64,000 nucleotides of DNA from the IMG/VR virus record IMGVR_UViG_3300022074_000027, positions 5,582-69,581 of that record. One strand, given 5' to 3'. Shown here one piece after another: positions 26,421 through 37,236 of this stretch (positions within the stretch are counted from its first letter, which is position 1; each line of letters begins with the position of its first letter). Both the position numbers and the translations under genes were made by a program. The notes beneath the pieces are model-generated. The model ran no database searches and was not told the DNA's origin. It worked only from the letters and a program-made list of their open reading frames with translations. The DNA is from a virus.

Positions 26421-29400
26421 TTACACTCTATTCCTCTCGTTTTTTACTTTAGGCATTTTAGGTGACATATCAACTGGAGTCATTTCTTTGCCAGTATCCG
26501 TCATCTTCTTTGTACCATCCTTCTTACTCTTTGTCAAGTCTTTTTTTTTAGTGTCCTCATCATCACTATGAGTATCTTCACCCCAGACTTTTAAAATAGA
26601 ATCTCGTAAAGAACCTTTCTTAGTTTCAAGATATCTTTCGTACTCAACTGTAGAAAACTCTTCATTTTTCTTTTTCTTTTTGAAAGGCTCATACTTATCT
26701 GGATTAGATTGTTTTCCCTCTGTACCGATTGATTTTGAAATTGCCTTACGTCTTTTGTGTAAGAACTTATCAGAGTCATCAACATCTCCGTCATTGTCAA
26801 TGTCCTTGTCCTTACGGTCAGCAAACTTCTTTTTAACTGCTTTAGGTTGAACTGCATCAAGACCATCACCATCATCAGACTTGTCGTTCTTGTTAGTTTC
26901 AGAATTTAATGCTTCTTCAACATCATATTCTTTACCACCGATAGTAAATGTTTTTTCACCATTCTTTTTTGCCATTTTAGCTGCATAGATAAAGTTATTT
27001 TCTTTCTTTGGTTTCTCACCTCTCTCTTTTTTAGAAATTGCAATCGCAGCTTGTTGTGCAGGCGATACTGCTTCTTTCCACATTTCTAAAACAGTATCTT
27101 TTAATGATAAGTTACCATCAGTTAGTTTTTCAGTCATTTCACTCTCCTTAAATTCTTCTTTTCTTGTTGGTTCTGGGTCATCAAACATATTTGCATTTTT
27201 AACTGTAACTTGAGTAATCTTTACTGGTTTGGGTGCTCTCTTTGCATATGCTTCTGCATCTTTTTTGTCTTTATAGACTGCCATACCAGAAGTATTACCT
27301 TTACCAAATTCAACTTTAAAACCTTTTAATGCTTCATCAAGTACATAATCTTCTCTTCTGATTTTACCAAGTTTGTTTATATCTGCTGCTTTATAATTGT
27401 GTTTAAGCATAAGTCTTGACATTGCCATCATACTAACAAAAGGTATATCTGCTTTATATAATTGTTCTAAACCATCTTTATTTGAGTCAATTTTATCGAA
27501 TATTTTCATTAAAGGTGTTGGATTAATCTTTTTACCCTTCATAGGTTCATATGCTTTTTTAAGTTTATTAATCATGTCATCACTAAACTTTGCTTCTTTT
27601 ACTGCCTTTTCCAAATCTTTTGCTTGTCCAGCATGAGCATCACTTGCACCTTTTAATTTTTTAATAATTTCTTTTACCTTTGGTTCATCTTCTTTATCAA
27701 GTGCTTCTTTAATATCATCAATAGATGCACCCATGTCACCAATTGCAAATGTTACTTTTCCATCTCTTCTATATAAGAAACTTTTTACACCAGTTGGGTT
27801 TGCACGATTCTTTAATGTGATTTTCTCTGTACCATTTCTCAAAGTATTTTTAGATACCACAAGATAAGTACTAAAATCTTGGTCTTTTCCAATTGATGAA
27901 CTCTTTTTAATCTGAACAGTTGATTTTGGTTTTAGTTTATCAAAAATCTTATTCAATTTAGGGTCGTTCATTTTAAGTTCATTCATCTCAACTCCTTCTA
28001 TAATTCCTAAGTCCTTTAACTCCTTTGGTGTTTTTGCAAGTGCGTTCATCTTCTCTAATGTCTTATCAGAAATTTTCTTTTTGATAGGGTGCATTGTTGA
28101 CTTTGTTCTTCTTGCAATATCTAATGCATCTTTTTTATCAGATGCATATCCTTGGACTTTACCTTGCATATTAATTAGAACATACTTCATATCCATCTCA
28201 TCAAGTTCAACTTCTTCTCCAAACAAATCAGGCTGTCCACTACGAAATTTCTCTGCTTCTTTAGCACTATTATGTGGTTTACCAATATCCACAAACTTAC
28301 CTTTGGTCATTTTTTGAATTTGGAATTTACCATCTTTAGTCTTGATAATTTTAATAGTTCCCTCTTTGGATGCTTCATCAAGTACAATCTCTTCACCCAT
28401 TCTAAGTTGTTTACCAACCATCTTTGATACATTTAACATATCACGGTATGACTTGGAAATCATTGTAACAAACTTTTCTTTATCTCTAGGTTTCTGAATT
28501 TTGTCATGAGCTCTGGTAAGTAAAGTTAAAATCTTTGGGTCTACCTTTTGCGACTTACCATCTTCAAACTCAATAGGTTTAGTACCCTTAGAATCTAATG
28601 ATTGTCTCATCTGCATAATCATATTTTTCATTGCAGACTTCTTATCAGTATCAGATGCTTTAGGTTCGTCTATATCAGCAGGGTCTACTTTTCTACCTCT
28701 ACCCATAGCTCTCATTGCGTCTGCACGAGCAGATGCTTCTTTGACTACACTTCTAATATCGTCATCTTCAATCTTAAACTGTTTGATTGCTTTATCTTCT
28801 GCATCATCTTCGTTTTTTGCATTTACAGTTTTAGAAAAAAGTTTACCCCCCTTGGAGTAGTTTACTTGGAACTTTGCTTCACCAATTTCAACACTCTCAC
28901 CTAATTTCTTTAATCCAATCTTTTTTGCTAAGTCTTTTGCGTCTGCACCAGTATTATATGCGTTACTTTTAATTCTATCTTTAAACCAGTTAATAATTAC
29001 TGGTCTTGCATCACCATTTGGATTTTTATTACCAGCAACATAAAGAGAATCAAACAACTCATCATCACCTAGTAATCTATACAGTTGATTAGTTGCATCA
29101 TCACCTTCTTTACCTAATTTAAATTTTTTGGACATTAACTTTTTAAGTTTATCTACATCACCTTTTTCATCTGCCATTGCCCAAGTGCCTTCTTTAATCT
29201 CAAGTTGTTCTTTATACATATTCAACTCAAATGGTTTTGAACCACCTTTGTTGTAAACTTGGATTTGTAGGTTTCCACCTTTACCTTTTAGTCTGTACTT
29301 ATTCGTTTTACCTTCAGATGGTTTTCTTGGGCCAGTTGCAACTTTTCTATCTATTTCATTTTTGTCAACTGTAATTCCTAATTTCTTTTGTGCGTAATCA

Positions 29401-29510
29401 TATGCGTGTTGCATTGCACCAGAAAAAGTCTTGTGATACAAGTCATATTTTTCATTTTGTTGTTGCACCTCTGCGAGTGCTTGACTCATTGTTTTTGCAT
29501 ATCTAGTCAT
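26421..29510 (-). CDS. 1029-aa Lys/Glu-rich modular protein, probable internal head protein
   Basis: Chain of short unrelated modules separated by (I/L/V)xE motifs; DKDIDNDGDVDDSDKFLHKRRKAI module. Confidence 0.7.
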   Translation of the reverse strand: MTRYAKTMSQALAEVQQQNEKYDLYHKTFSGAMQHAYDYAQKKLGITVDKNEIDRKVATGPRKPSEGKTNKYRLKGKGGNLQIQVYNKGGSKPFELNMYKEQLEIKEGTWAMADEKGDVDKLKKLMSKKFKLGKEGDDATNQLYRLLGDDELFDSLYVAGNKNPNGDARPVIINWFKDRIKSNAYNTGADAKDLAKKIGLKKLGESVEIGEAKFQVNYSKGGKLFSKTVNAKNEDDAEDKAIKQFKIEDDDIRSVVKEASARADAMRAMGRGRKVDPADIDEPKASDTDKKSAMKNMIMQMRQSLDSKGTKPIEFEDGKSQKVDPKILTLLTRAHDKIQKPRDKEKFVTMISKSYRDMLNVSKMVGKQLRMGEEIVLDEASKEGTIKIIKTKDGKFQIQKMTKGKFVDIGKPHNSAKEAEKFRSGQPDLFGEEVELDEMDMKYVLINMQGKVQGYASDKKDALDIARRTKSTMHPIKKKISDKTLEKMNALAKTPKELKDLGIIEGVEMNELKMNDPKLNKIFDKLKPKSTVQIKKSSSIGKDQDFSTYLVVSKNTLRNGTEKITLKNRANPTGVKSFLYRRDGKVTFAIGDMGASIDDIKEALDKEDEPKVKEIIKKLKGASDAHAGQAKDLEKAVKEAKFSDDMINKLKKAYEPMKGKKINPTPLMKIFDKIDSNKDGLEQLYKADIPFVSMMAMSRLMLKHNYKAADINKLGKIRREDYVLDEALKGFKVEFGKGNTSGMAVYKDKKDAEAYAKRAPKPVKITQVTVKNANMFDDPEPTRKEEFKESEMTEKLTDGNLSLKDTVLEMWKEAVSPAQQAAIAISKKERGEKPKKENNFIYAAKMAKKNGEKTFTIGGKEYDVEEALNSETNKNDKSDDGDGLDAVQPKAVKKKFADRKDKDIDNDGDVDDSDKFLHKRRKAISKSIGTEGKQSNPDKYEPFKKKKKNEEFSTVEYERYLETKKGSLRDSILKVWGEDTHSDDEDTKKKDLTKSKKDGTKKMTDTGKEMTPVDMSPKMPKVKNERNRV

Positions 29511-29520
29511 ATTTTTTTCC

Positions 29521-32031
29521 TTAGTTATCTACTTTTGAACCAGCACGCCATTGAAAACAACTCCAATATCTTGCTTTCCATTTAGGGCCAGGGTTCGTAT
29601 CACATTGGTGTCTTGCACGAAAATTCTTTCTTGCGCCTGGGTCATCACGATTAATACTCATATTTGGGTCACCAAATCTAACTACAACCACTTTGCCCTT
29701 TTCGTTTTTTACATAAACCTTAAACTTTTTATTAGGGTTTTCACTTGTACGAATAGGGTCATTTAATTTGACCTTCTTACCTTGATACTCTGCCTGTTCC
29801 ACCATGTGGTCATACAAACTCTCTGAAAGTTTTAATAACATTCTTTCGTATGTATTATTTAGGTTTTTCTCCCATTCGTCACCATATCGTTCCATATATG
29901 ATTGTCTAGTATCATCATCTAAATACCAATCTTCAATTGATTCTTTCTTCGCTTTCTTCTTCTTTTTATATCCACCTGCTTTGATTTTTGCTTGTAAATC
30001 TGGGTCTGCTTTACCACCAGTTAACATTGAGTTAACTCTTGCAAATGCCCATTGTTGTGGAGTAGTGCCTGGTCTATGTCCAGTTTTCCATGCAGCCATT
30101 CCTCTATCATAACTTTTCTTGAGAATACCATATGGAACACCAGTTTTTTCTGATTTAGTAACAAGTCCAGCAATCTTTTCGTCAAGTTGAAAACTCTCAC
30201 TTAAATCAGTTCTACCAAATCCAAGTTTAGGATTACCTTTTATCATTGAATCTAGATGCATCTTCATATAAGAATCTACTTCTTTTGCAATACCAATCTC
30301 TTCTGCTTTAGTGATTATCTTATCATATAATATTTCTGCTTTCTTTTTTTGTTCTTCACTTGCACCATTTGTATCCATGGCTTCTTTTTCCATCTTATAG
30401 AAAACATCTTGCATACGAGTAAGTTCTTCTGCACCATCTTTACTTGCGTGTTTCTTCATTACTTTTTGTGCAGAACCACACATATAGAAAAACTTTGTAG
30501 TGTAATCACCTACGGTAATTTCGTGTTCTGGTTGTTCATCAATTTCTTTTTGAACATCTGCAGCAATTTTTTGTAAACTCTTTCTTCTCATAAATTTGGT
30601 TTGACCAGCTTTACCTTTTTTTGGTAACATGAGATTAGGAAGTTTTTTATCTTTTTTCAGAGTAGACTTTTCATTTGTTTCATCTGGAGAAGAATATGGG
30701 TCAATCTCTTTTGTATGGTCAAAATAATCTTTACCTATATCGTAAGATTCACCTTGAGCTCTTTTAATCTGGTCAGAAGTAGGCGCACCCTTCTCGCCTT
30801 TCTTTCTCATCTTTTCACCAGAACCCCTTGCAATTCTTTCTTTCTTCTTTCTGATATTATCCCAAAGACCTTCTTTCTTTGCCATCTTAGTAAGAGTTGC
30901 ATAGTATATTGACTTACCTTCTTCTTCACCGTATCTATCAATGAAGTCTTTCATGTCAATATCTTTTTCGTATTTCTTTAGTTTATCTTTTTCTGCGTCA
31001 GTAAGTTTTCTCTCACCATACATCTGTTTAAACTTTTTGGTATACTGAGATGGTTTAGTTTTCTTATCAGAATCGCCAGGAGCAGGTTTATATGAAGATG
31101 GGTCATTATCTGGTTTGTCAGCACCTTTTGCGAAAAATCTTGCTCTTGCAGTTTTAGTAGATTTTGACATATCTTTTCCACCAACACCTTTTGCATAATA
31201 CTTTGCTGGTTGAGTACCTTTCATATCCTCAACATCATCTTCTTGTTTAGTCTTTGTAATCTTTTTTGCTTCAATTAAATCAGTAATCCATGCTTTATGT
31301 AAACCATCACTTGTTTCCATAACAACATAGTTTGTACCTTTGCGAATAACTTTACCATCAATACCATCTGTAGTTGTTACTTCTTCATTAACATTAAATA
31401 TCTCACCACGAATATATGCATCTCTTAACATTTCTTCGAATGTCCAGTTCTGTTCTTTCAGACCCATACCATCTCTAACATCTTTAAATAGTTTCTCACC
31501 TTGTTTAAAACCAGATGGTAGTCCTTGTTTAAAACTGTCGTAGTTATTCTCTCCTGCTGCAGCTCTCATCTTAGATGCAGACATACCAGATACATCATCT
31601 GCATCTGGGTCTCTATCTCCAGCAGAAACTACTTTGATAGAATTGAAATCGTAGAAACCATGAGTTCCCTTTTTACCGTTATATTTGTTAAGTAGAGTTT
31701 CAAACTCTTTTACTCTATCAGAACCAACAACCATAGTTACATCTGTATAACCTTGGTCATATAATATATTTGATATCTCAAAAACTTGTCTTGCTTTTGA
31801 CACAATAATATTTTTTGCATATCGTGGAAACATCTTTTTCATGTATGCAACTTTTTTAGGGAAAGATAATGGATTCTTTTTAGGGTCTTGAGTTTGAGAT
31901 GGAAATACCATAATAGTTCCACCTTGAGCAGCAAGTGCTTTGATTAATTTTTCGTGTCCAGTTGTTGGGGGATTGAATCTACCAAAAGTAAAAGAAACTT
32001 TTTTAGTTTGTTGTTCGAACAATCTAAGCAT
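29521..32031 (-). CDS. cytidyltransferase-like nucleotidyltransferase fused to a modular C-terminus
   Basis: FGRFNPPTTGHEKL (HxGH-like), VVGSDRV, SAGDRDPD...MSASKMR; start set at MLRLFE. Confidence 0.8.
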   Translation of the reverse strand: MLRLFEQQTKKVSFTFGRFNPPTTGHEKLIKALAAQGGTIMVFPSQTQDPKKNPLSFPKKVAYMKKMFPRYAKNIIVSKARQVFEISNILYDQGYTDVTMVVGSDRVKEFETLLNKYNGKKGTHGFYDFNSIKVVSAGDRDPDADDVSGMSASKMRAAAGENNYDSFKQGLPSGFKQGEKLFKDVRDGMGLKEQNWTFEEMLRDAYIRGEIFNVNEEVTTTDGIDGKVIRKGTNYVVMETSDGLHKAWITDLIEAKKITKTKQEDDVEDMKGTQPAKYYAKGVGGKDMSKSTKTARARFFAKGADKPDNDPSSYKPAPGDSDKKTKPSQYTKKFKQMYGERKLTDAEKDKLKKYEKDIDMKDFIDRYGEEEGKSIYYATLTKMAKKEGLWDNIRKKKERIARGSGEKMRKKGEKGAPTSDQIKRAQGESYDIGKDYFDHTKEIDPYSSPDETNEKSTLKKDKKLPNLMLPKKGKAGQTKFMRRKSLQKIAADVQKEIDEQPEHEITVGDYTTKFFYMCGSAQKVMKKHASKDGAEELTRMQDVFYKMEKEAMDTNGASEEQKKKAEILYDKIITKAEEIGIAKEVDSYMKMHLDSMIKGNPKLGFGRTDLSESFQLDEKIAGLVTKSEKTGVPYGILKKSYDRGMAAWKTGHRPGTTPQQWAFARVNSMLTGGKADPDLQAKIKAGGYKKKKKAKKESIEDWYLDDDTRQSYMERYGDEWEKNLNNTYERMLLKLSESLYDHMVEQAEYQGKKVKLNDPIRTSENPNKKFKVYVKNEKGKVVVVRFGDPNMSINRDDPGARKNFRARHQCDTNPGPKWKARYWSCFQWRAGSKVDN

Positions 32032-32428
32032 TTTTCTGTGCCTCCTTGTTCTTTGCAATTCTTTTTGATTCACCACCTTTAAGTTTTAGTAATAACTTCT
32101 TTGCAATTTTGTCGATTACTTTACGTTTCTTTGCAACGATTGTTTGGTCAATCTTAATTCTTTTTGAAAGAGGCATTTCTTTATAATCTGCAGCACCTAA
32201 TGACCTTTTGATAACCATCATTTTTGCTTGTTTCTGTGCAGCCTTTTGAAGTTTTTCTGGACTTCTTCTTCTAACCATAGACCTTTTCTTTGCAAGTTTA
32301 ACTGAAGGTTTTCTTGCAAGTAACTTCATTCTTCTCGCCATCTTTCTGCGAGTTTGCATAGCTTGTGCTGGAGATTGTTTTTCGTCAAAAGAATTAACTT
32401 CTGAATATAATTCGTTTAAAGTTTTCAT
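32024..32428 (-). CDS. very basic hypothetical protein
   Basis: Arg/Lys-rich; start MKTLNELYSE. Confidence 0.7.
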   Translation of the reverse strand: MKTLNELYSEVNSFDEKQSPAQAMQTRRKMARRMKLLARKPSVKLAKKRSMVRRRSPEKLQKAAQKQAKMMVIKRSLGAADYKEMPLSKRIKIDQTIVAKKRKVIDKIAKKLLLKLKGGESKRIAKNKEAQKNA

Positions 32429-33666
32429 TTGTCCCATGCCTTTATTGCAGTAAAGTTATTAAAACTAAATTCCATTCTATCAACTAACTTTACAGCATCA
32501 CCAGATATTCTATCAATTGCAACATATCCCTCTGGATTTACAACTTTAAATCCATTTGAGGTCTTGATAAAAGTATCTGTTAAACCTTTAACACTATTTA
32601 GTTTCTTTACGATTTCCATCTTAGCATTTACTAAATGCATTTGGAAAGTAATAACTTGTTGTAAATTACCCAAGTCTTTTTTAAATTCTCTTAGGTATTC
32701 TACTTTCTTTGTTTCCAGAACATCTTTAGATTTCTGGGTTTTTAGTTTATCAATCTCTTTTTGGAAATGATTCTCTACATGAATAACATATCCATTTGCG
32801 TGTCCTCTGGGGTCTTTGATTGCTTCACCCACACGAACCTTTGTATTGTTATATGTTTTAAGACTTGCACCCACCAACTTACCAGTAAGAGAATCTTGTA
32901 AGGCTAAAAACTTCTTTAGTCTAATTGCATTAATTCTTTGGAATGTTTTACCAGCATTAGATAAGTGTGAAGTAACCACAGCAGTTTCTTTTGCAGTCAT
33001 TGTTGCAGTACCAGATGCATCTTTATATGTTGCATCATCCATCCAAACAGATGAACTTTTTGATAGTTTACTAATGTTCGCACCAAATGATGCTTTCATA
33101 TCTTGTAGTGTAGAACCAGTATATGTTGTGTGCCATACAATACCAATCTTTGCACTATTAATACTTTTACCAATATCAGATGTTGGGTCTACTGCATATA
33201 CAATTGTGTTAGGTTGAAATGTAATAAAAGACTTACCATCAATCTTTTCTTTACCTTTGTCTTCAGAGGTAAACATTAAATCACCTTGAAGAACATTTTT
33301 AATACCCAACTTAGAAAACTCTGTAAATGAAGTTGTAAACTTTGATTTTAAAGTACCACTCAACTCAGCTGCATCTTCAATTTCTTTGACACTTTTATAA
33401 AGTAATGGTTTTTCATTGAATACTGATTTCTTTGCAACAAAGAACTTACCATCACTTGGGTCTGTTCCAGCAAATATTGCAGGCGCTCCGTCCCATTTGA
33501 CTGTCATGTTGACTGAAGACCTTGCTTCACCAGCAAGCATATCTCTTAGTGAACGAACAAAGTTAATTGCAGCTCTACCCCCAGGCACACCAAAGTTTAA
33601 TATCTCATCTTCGATATGTTCTAAGTGTAGGTTCTTACCCTCTTTTCCTTCAAATAAATAAATCAT
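32425..33666 (-). CDS. conserved T4-like protein (DUF6267-like)
   Basis: KNLHLEHIED, TVKWDGAPAIF, QGDLMF, PEGYVA, KLVDRMEFS. Confidence 0.78.
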   Translation of the reverse strand: MIYLFEGKEGKNLHLEHIEDEILNFGVPGGRAAINFVRSLRDMLAGEARSSVNMTVKWDGAPAIFAGTDPSDGKFFVAKKSVFNEKPLLYKSVKEIEDAAELSGTLKSKFTTSFTEFSKLGIKNVLQGDLMFTSEDKGKEKIDGKSFITFQPNTIVYAVDPTSDIGKSINSAKIGIVWHTTYTGSTLQDMKASFGANISKLSKSSSVWMDDATYKDASGTATMTAKETAVVTSHLSNAGKTFQRINAIRLKKFLALQDSLTGKLVGASLKTYNNTKVRVGEAIKDPRGHANGYVIHVENHFQKEIDKLKTQKSKDVLETKKVEYLREFKKDLGNLQQVITFQMHLVNAKMEIVKKLNSVKGLTDTFIKTSNGFKVVNPEGYVAIDRISGDAVKLVDRMEFSFNNFTAIKAWDK

Positions 33667-34766
33667 TAGAATTTTAAAGTGGTAAAATCACACATCATTC
33701 GTGTAGGATAACCATCTTTTCCTTGTGTATCTCTTATGTTAATTTTGAATCGATAATACTTGGAAGACATTTCCATATCAATTCTTTTACCTCTTCCAGT
33801 TTTTCCACCATAATAAACTACACAACTTCCAACTTTTGCAGACTGTGACATAGCTGCACTATCCATCTTTTTAGAAAATACTCTACTTCTCATTTTATGA
33901 ATAACATGATATCCATGACCTATACCACTTTCTAAAAGTGCTTTAATCATGATTGGATTAGGTCTTGTTGTAACCTTACCACTTTGTGTTTTTACATCAT
34001 CATTAAATATTGAACAAAATCTTTCATTATCAATACCAAATAAACTTAATAATTGTAATCCATCTCTATTTTGGATTTTACCTTCTTTAATTTCTTTAGG
34101 GGTTAGTTTTGTTCTGACACCAACATTAAAAAATGTTGTAGTAGTTTCAAATTTTAAACTGAGAAATATTTTAGTACCATCATCTTTAATTAGAGTAATG
34201 TCTGTAACACTTTCTCCAATATTAGTTCCAGTTCCTTTTGTATTTGAAACAGTAATATTACCACCAAACTCTAATGGTCTTTTAGTATTTTCACCACCAA
34301 CAACATTAACAGTTAATGTTTTAGAAGAACTCAATTGATATGTTTTATCTAAATGAAGTATTGCCGATAATATTTCTTTATCTGATACAGCATCAACACC
34401 TTCTGCAAACCAAGCATTTAAATCATTTGCAAAAGCAGTTTCAAATGCGTTTCCTCTATTATTTGCACCACGATTTCCTTTTGAACCGTTACCATATTTT
34501 ATTCTAATAGTTTTTAGACCAGCACCTTGTTTTATTGAAGATATATCTTCAATTGCTTTAAATGTTCTGGAAACATTTATATCTTTTTGTTTTTTGAGGT
34601 CTATGTTAATTGGAGTTTCATCACCCTTACCTTTCAAATAATTGAAAAGTGCAATAGTATCAGCAACACTTTCATGCGGCCAATCTGCAAGTTTTGATGA
34701 TATTTCTTCTTCTGTTTTTGGAAAGAAACTATAAGCTTCTTGTAGATAATTACTAAATCCTAACAT
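33666..34766 (-). CDS. hypothetical protein, possible restriction-endonuclease-like fold
   Basis: GNAFE...VTDITL...IFLSLK resembles a PD-(D/E)XK variant. Confidence 0.6.
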   Translation of the reverse strand: MLGFSNYLQEAYSFFPKTEEEISSKLADWPHESVADTIALFNYLKGKGDETPINIDLKKQKDINVSRTFKAIEDISSIKQGAGLKTIRIKYGNGSKGNRGANNRGNAFETAFANDLNAWFAEGVDAVSDKEILSAILHLDKTYQLSSSKTLTVNVVGGENTKRPLEFGGNITVSNTKGTGTNIGESVTDITLIKDDGTKIFLSLKFETTTTFFNVGVRTKLTPKEIKEGKIQNRDGLQLLSLFGIDNERFCSIFNDDVKTQSGKVTTRPNPIMIKALLESGIGHGYHVIHKMRSRVFSKKMDSAAMSQSAKVGSCVVYYGGKTGRGKRIDMEMSSKYYRFKINIRDTQGKDGYPTRMMCDFTTLKF

Positions 34767-34791
34767 CCAAGTTCTCCATATACTAATATTA

Positions 34792-35076
34792 CTATTTATA
34801 TGTTAGGAAATTTGGAAAACCGTAATCACCGAATGGTTTGTTTTTGTTTAAGACATTAGAGTAATGTTCTGCATCTTCTTTGAATTTGCAAGAACGAATG
34901 ATACGTTGAGAGGGAAGTTCAATAATTTCCCACTTCTTTGTATCTATGTTAATGTCATGATAATATTTTACTTTATAATTCTTCTTATACCTTGAGGTCA
35001 GAGAATTTTTCATACTTTTTGCCTTTTCCAGCAAATGGGGTATTATCGAATATAACTTCATCTGTTTCTTGTCCAC
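34792..35076 (-). CDS. hypothetical protein (true start probably internal)
   Basis: ORF track, FGDYGFPNF C-terminus. Confidence 0.45.
   Translation of the reverse strand: MDKKQMKLYSIIPHLLEKAKSMKNSLTSRYKKNYKVKYYHDINIDTKKWEIIELPSQRIIRSCKFKEDAEHYSNVLNKNKPFGDYGFPNFLTYK
34793..34800 (-). promoter_or_regulatory. T4-type late promoter TATAAATA
   Basis: Exact match at the head of the late gene block starting at 34766. Confidence 0.75.
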
Positions 35077-36406
35077 TATCAGTTAAATCTTTTTGTGCTT
35101 CTTGTTCTACATCATACAGTTTCATCTTCGCTCTGTCAATACCTAATATAAATCTTTTATTCATAGTAGGGTCATTATAACGATTCTTTAACTGTTTAAC
35201 ACATATCTGATTTAAATCTTCAAGTTCCTCTGTAGATATAAGTGCAAACATAAGGTCAGCCGTAGCAGGCAAACCAAAACTTTCTGATGTATCTTCCAAA
35301 CCAATGTCGCTTGACACAAATCCACTCCTAGTTGTTTGTGTCGCTGAAACAATCGGTACATTAGATTCGACTGCGAGACCTCTAAGTTCCTCTGCAATCG
35401 CTTTAATATAGAAGTATGAACCAACATTTGCATTTCCCCTAAATCGTGATGATGCACAAATATTCAAATAGTCGATAAAAATAATGTCTGGTCTAAAACT
35501 TCTCTTTAATGCAAGTTCTTTTAATAGTGACCTAAAGTTACCAACATGAGCAGATGCAGTTGGATATTCTTTAATAATTAATTTTCCATTTGTCTTTTTT
35601 TGTATTTTAGTTAGATAATTTTCAAACATCTTCTTAGGTAATGTATGTAAATCATCTATAGTTATATTCATGAGATTAGCGTCTATTCTTTCTGCAATTC
35701 GTTCTTCAGCCATCTCAAGTGTAATGTATAAAACATTTTTTCCTTGCATCAATACTGATGATGCAACATGACACATAAACAAACTCTTTCCAACACCAGT
35801 TCCAGCGAGTGCAATGTTTAGAGTCTTTTGTGGTAAACCACCTTTCGTAATCTTATTGAAGTAATCAAGGTCAAACTTGATTTTATCTTCTTTCTTATGG
35901 TAAAAATCGTATCTATTTAGTCCGTCATCAACATAATCATGTCCCACAGTTAAATCAAATGATACTGCAAGTGCATCTGATAATATGGACGGTATAGCCT
36001 CTGGTGTTCTATCTTTATCTTTACCATCAATAATTTTAATTCCGTCAAGGACTGCATTATAAATTGCTTTGTCCTTACAGAACTTTTCAGTTTCATCATG
36101 CAACCAATCTAAATCAACATCTGTTTTATCAAGAGTCGATATAACCTCAACTACTTTTTGGTATTCATCTTCAGTCAAATCTTTTCGACTATCAATACCA
36201 ATAGTTAGTGTTTCTTTAGTTGGTAGAGCATTATACTTTTCTAAAAACTTTTCAATCTCTTCAAATATAATTCTTTCATCACGGTTTGAAAAGTATAAAG
36301 GTTTTATAAAAGGAATTACTTTTCTACAGTAATCCTCATTGTGTATTAGGTTTGTGAGAGTTGTTCTCTCAATCGTCTGTGTTAACATATTGCAAATTTC
36401 CATCAT
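34985..36406 (-). CDS. 41: replicative DNA helicase gp41
   Basis: LAGTGVGKSLFMCH, ITLEMAEE, IFIDYLNIC, SATQTTR, QLKNRY. Confidence 0.95.
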   Translation of the reverse strand: MMEICNMLTQTIERTTLTNLIHNEDYCRKVIPFIKPLYFSNRDERIIFEEIEKFLEKYNALPTKETLTIGIDSRKDLTEDEYQKVVEVISTLDKTDVDLDWLHDETEKFCKDKAIYNAVLDGIKIIDGKDKDRTPEAIPSILSDALAVSFDLTVGHDYVDDGLNRYDFYHKKEDKIKFDLDYFNKITKGGLPQKTLNIALAGTGVGKSLFMCHVASSVLMQGKNVLYITLEMAEERIAERIDANLMNITIDDLHTLPKKMFENYLTKIQKKTNGKLIIKEYPTASAHVGNFRSLLKELALKRSFRPDIIFIDYLNICASSRFRGNANVGSYFYIKAIAEELRGLAVESNVPIVSATQTTRSGFVSSDIGLEDTSESFGLPATADLMFALISTEELEDLNQICVKQLKNRYNDPTMNKRFILGIDRAKMKLYDVEQEAQKDLTDSGQETDEVIFDNTPFAGKGKKYEKFSDLKV

Positions 36407-36680
36407 TTAGTTGTTGGTCTAGTATATCATAAAGTACATCACCAATCAAGTTAAAAAACTCATCATCTACCATTTCTTTTGGTAATCCATTAGAATCTAT
36501 AATGTCCCATTCGAAATGTAGGGGAAGTTTCCCATTCTCATCTTCTTTTTCTGCAAAACTCACCTTACCATATTTATAAACAACTCCTTGATATTTTCCT
36601 GCTTCTTTTGTCAAACCGATAGCTTGCCATGTTTTATCTTTATTTTCTACAAAGGTATACTTATCACCAATATCAGACAT
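36369..36680 (-). CDS. conserved hypothetical protein at the gp40-like position
   Basis: Lies between uvsX and 41; YQGVVYKYGKV. Confidence 0.6.
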   Translation of the reverse strand: MSDIGDKYTFVENKDKTWQAIGLTKEAGKYQGVVYKYGKVSFAEKEDENGKLPLHFEWDIIDSNGLPKEMVDDEFFNLIGDVLYDILDQQLNDGNLQYVNTDD

Positions 36681-37236
36681 AATGTAAATAACTTCCAATC
36701 GTATATTTTGGTGTATTACCAGTTACTTTTCTACCAGCATGAAGATATGTCCACATAGGTGGAAACATTAACATTCTACTTGTTTTGGGAACAACCCTTA
36801 ACTGATAATGAGGAAATTCTGTACAACCACTTTCGTTTTCTGTTTCATTAAGGTAAAAGAAAAATGCAAGAAATCGTTTTGCACTTTCGTGATTACCAAC
36901 ATCAACATGGTCTGCAAACTCATCTACATCATTAGGCATATACCTTTTCATACGAAACGCTTCAAATGCATATTGTTTAGGAAATTGTTTCCCATCAACA
37001 TTACAATCTTTTACATAGAATCCAATCGCTTCTTTGAAAACATAGTTTAACCAATCTTCAAATCGTTTCCAGTTATCATGATTATGTAGAGTTATTTGAT
37101 TAAAACTTCTATGACCATCAAGTTTAATTTCTTCTTGTTGGTCTCTATTCTTTTCAAACTCTTCAATTAAATCTTTGCATACATTATTACCTAAAGGTAA
37201 ATCGTATACTTTAATGTAATTCGGAGATGTTTCCAT
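36673..37236 (-). CDS. 2OG-Fe(II) oxygenase (prolyl-hydroxylase-like)
   Basis: DHVD...FFYLN...GCTEF...MFPP..TYLHAG...KY. Confidence 0.85.
   Translation of the reverse strand: METSPNYIKVYDLPLGNNVCKDLIEEFEKNRDQQEEIKLDGHRSFNQITLHNHDNWKRFEDWLNYVFKEAIGFYVKDCNVDGKQFPKQYAFEAFRMKRYMPNDVDEFADHVDVGNHESAKRFLAFFFYLNETENESGCTEFPHYQLRVVPKTSRMLMFPPMWTYLHAGRKVTGNTPKYTIGSYLHYV

Noticed and set aside
36673-37236. Second 2OG-Fe(II) oxygenase as part of the DNA modification pathway
   Set aside because: Its motifs fit the prolyl-hydroxylase-like family common in marine T4-like phages, and it is separated from the MTase by mazG and uvsX
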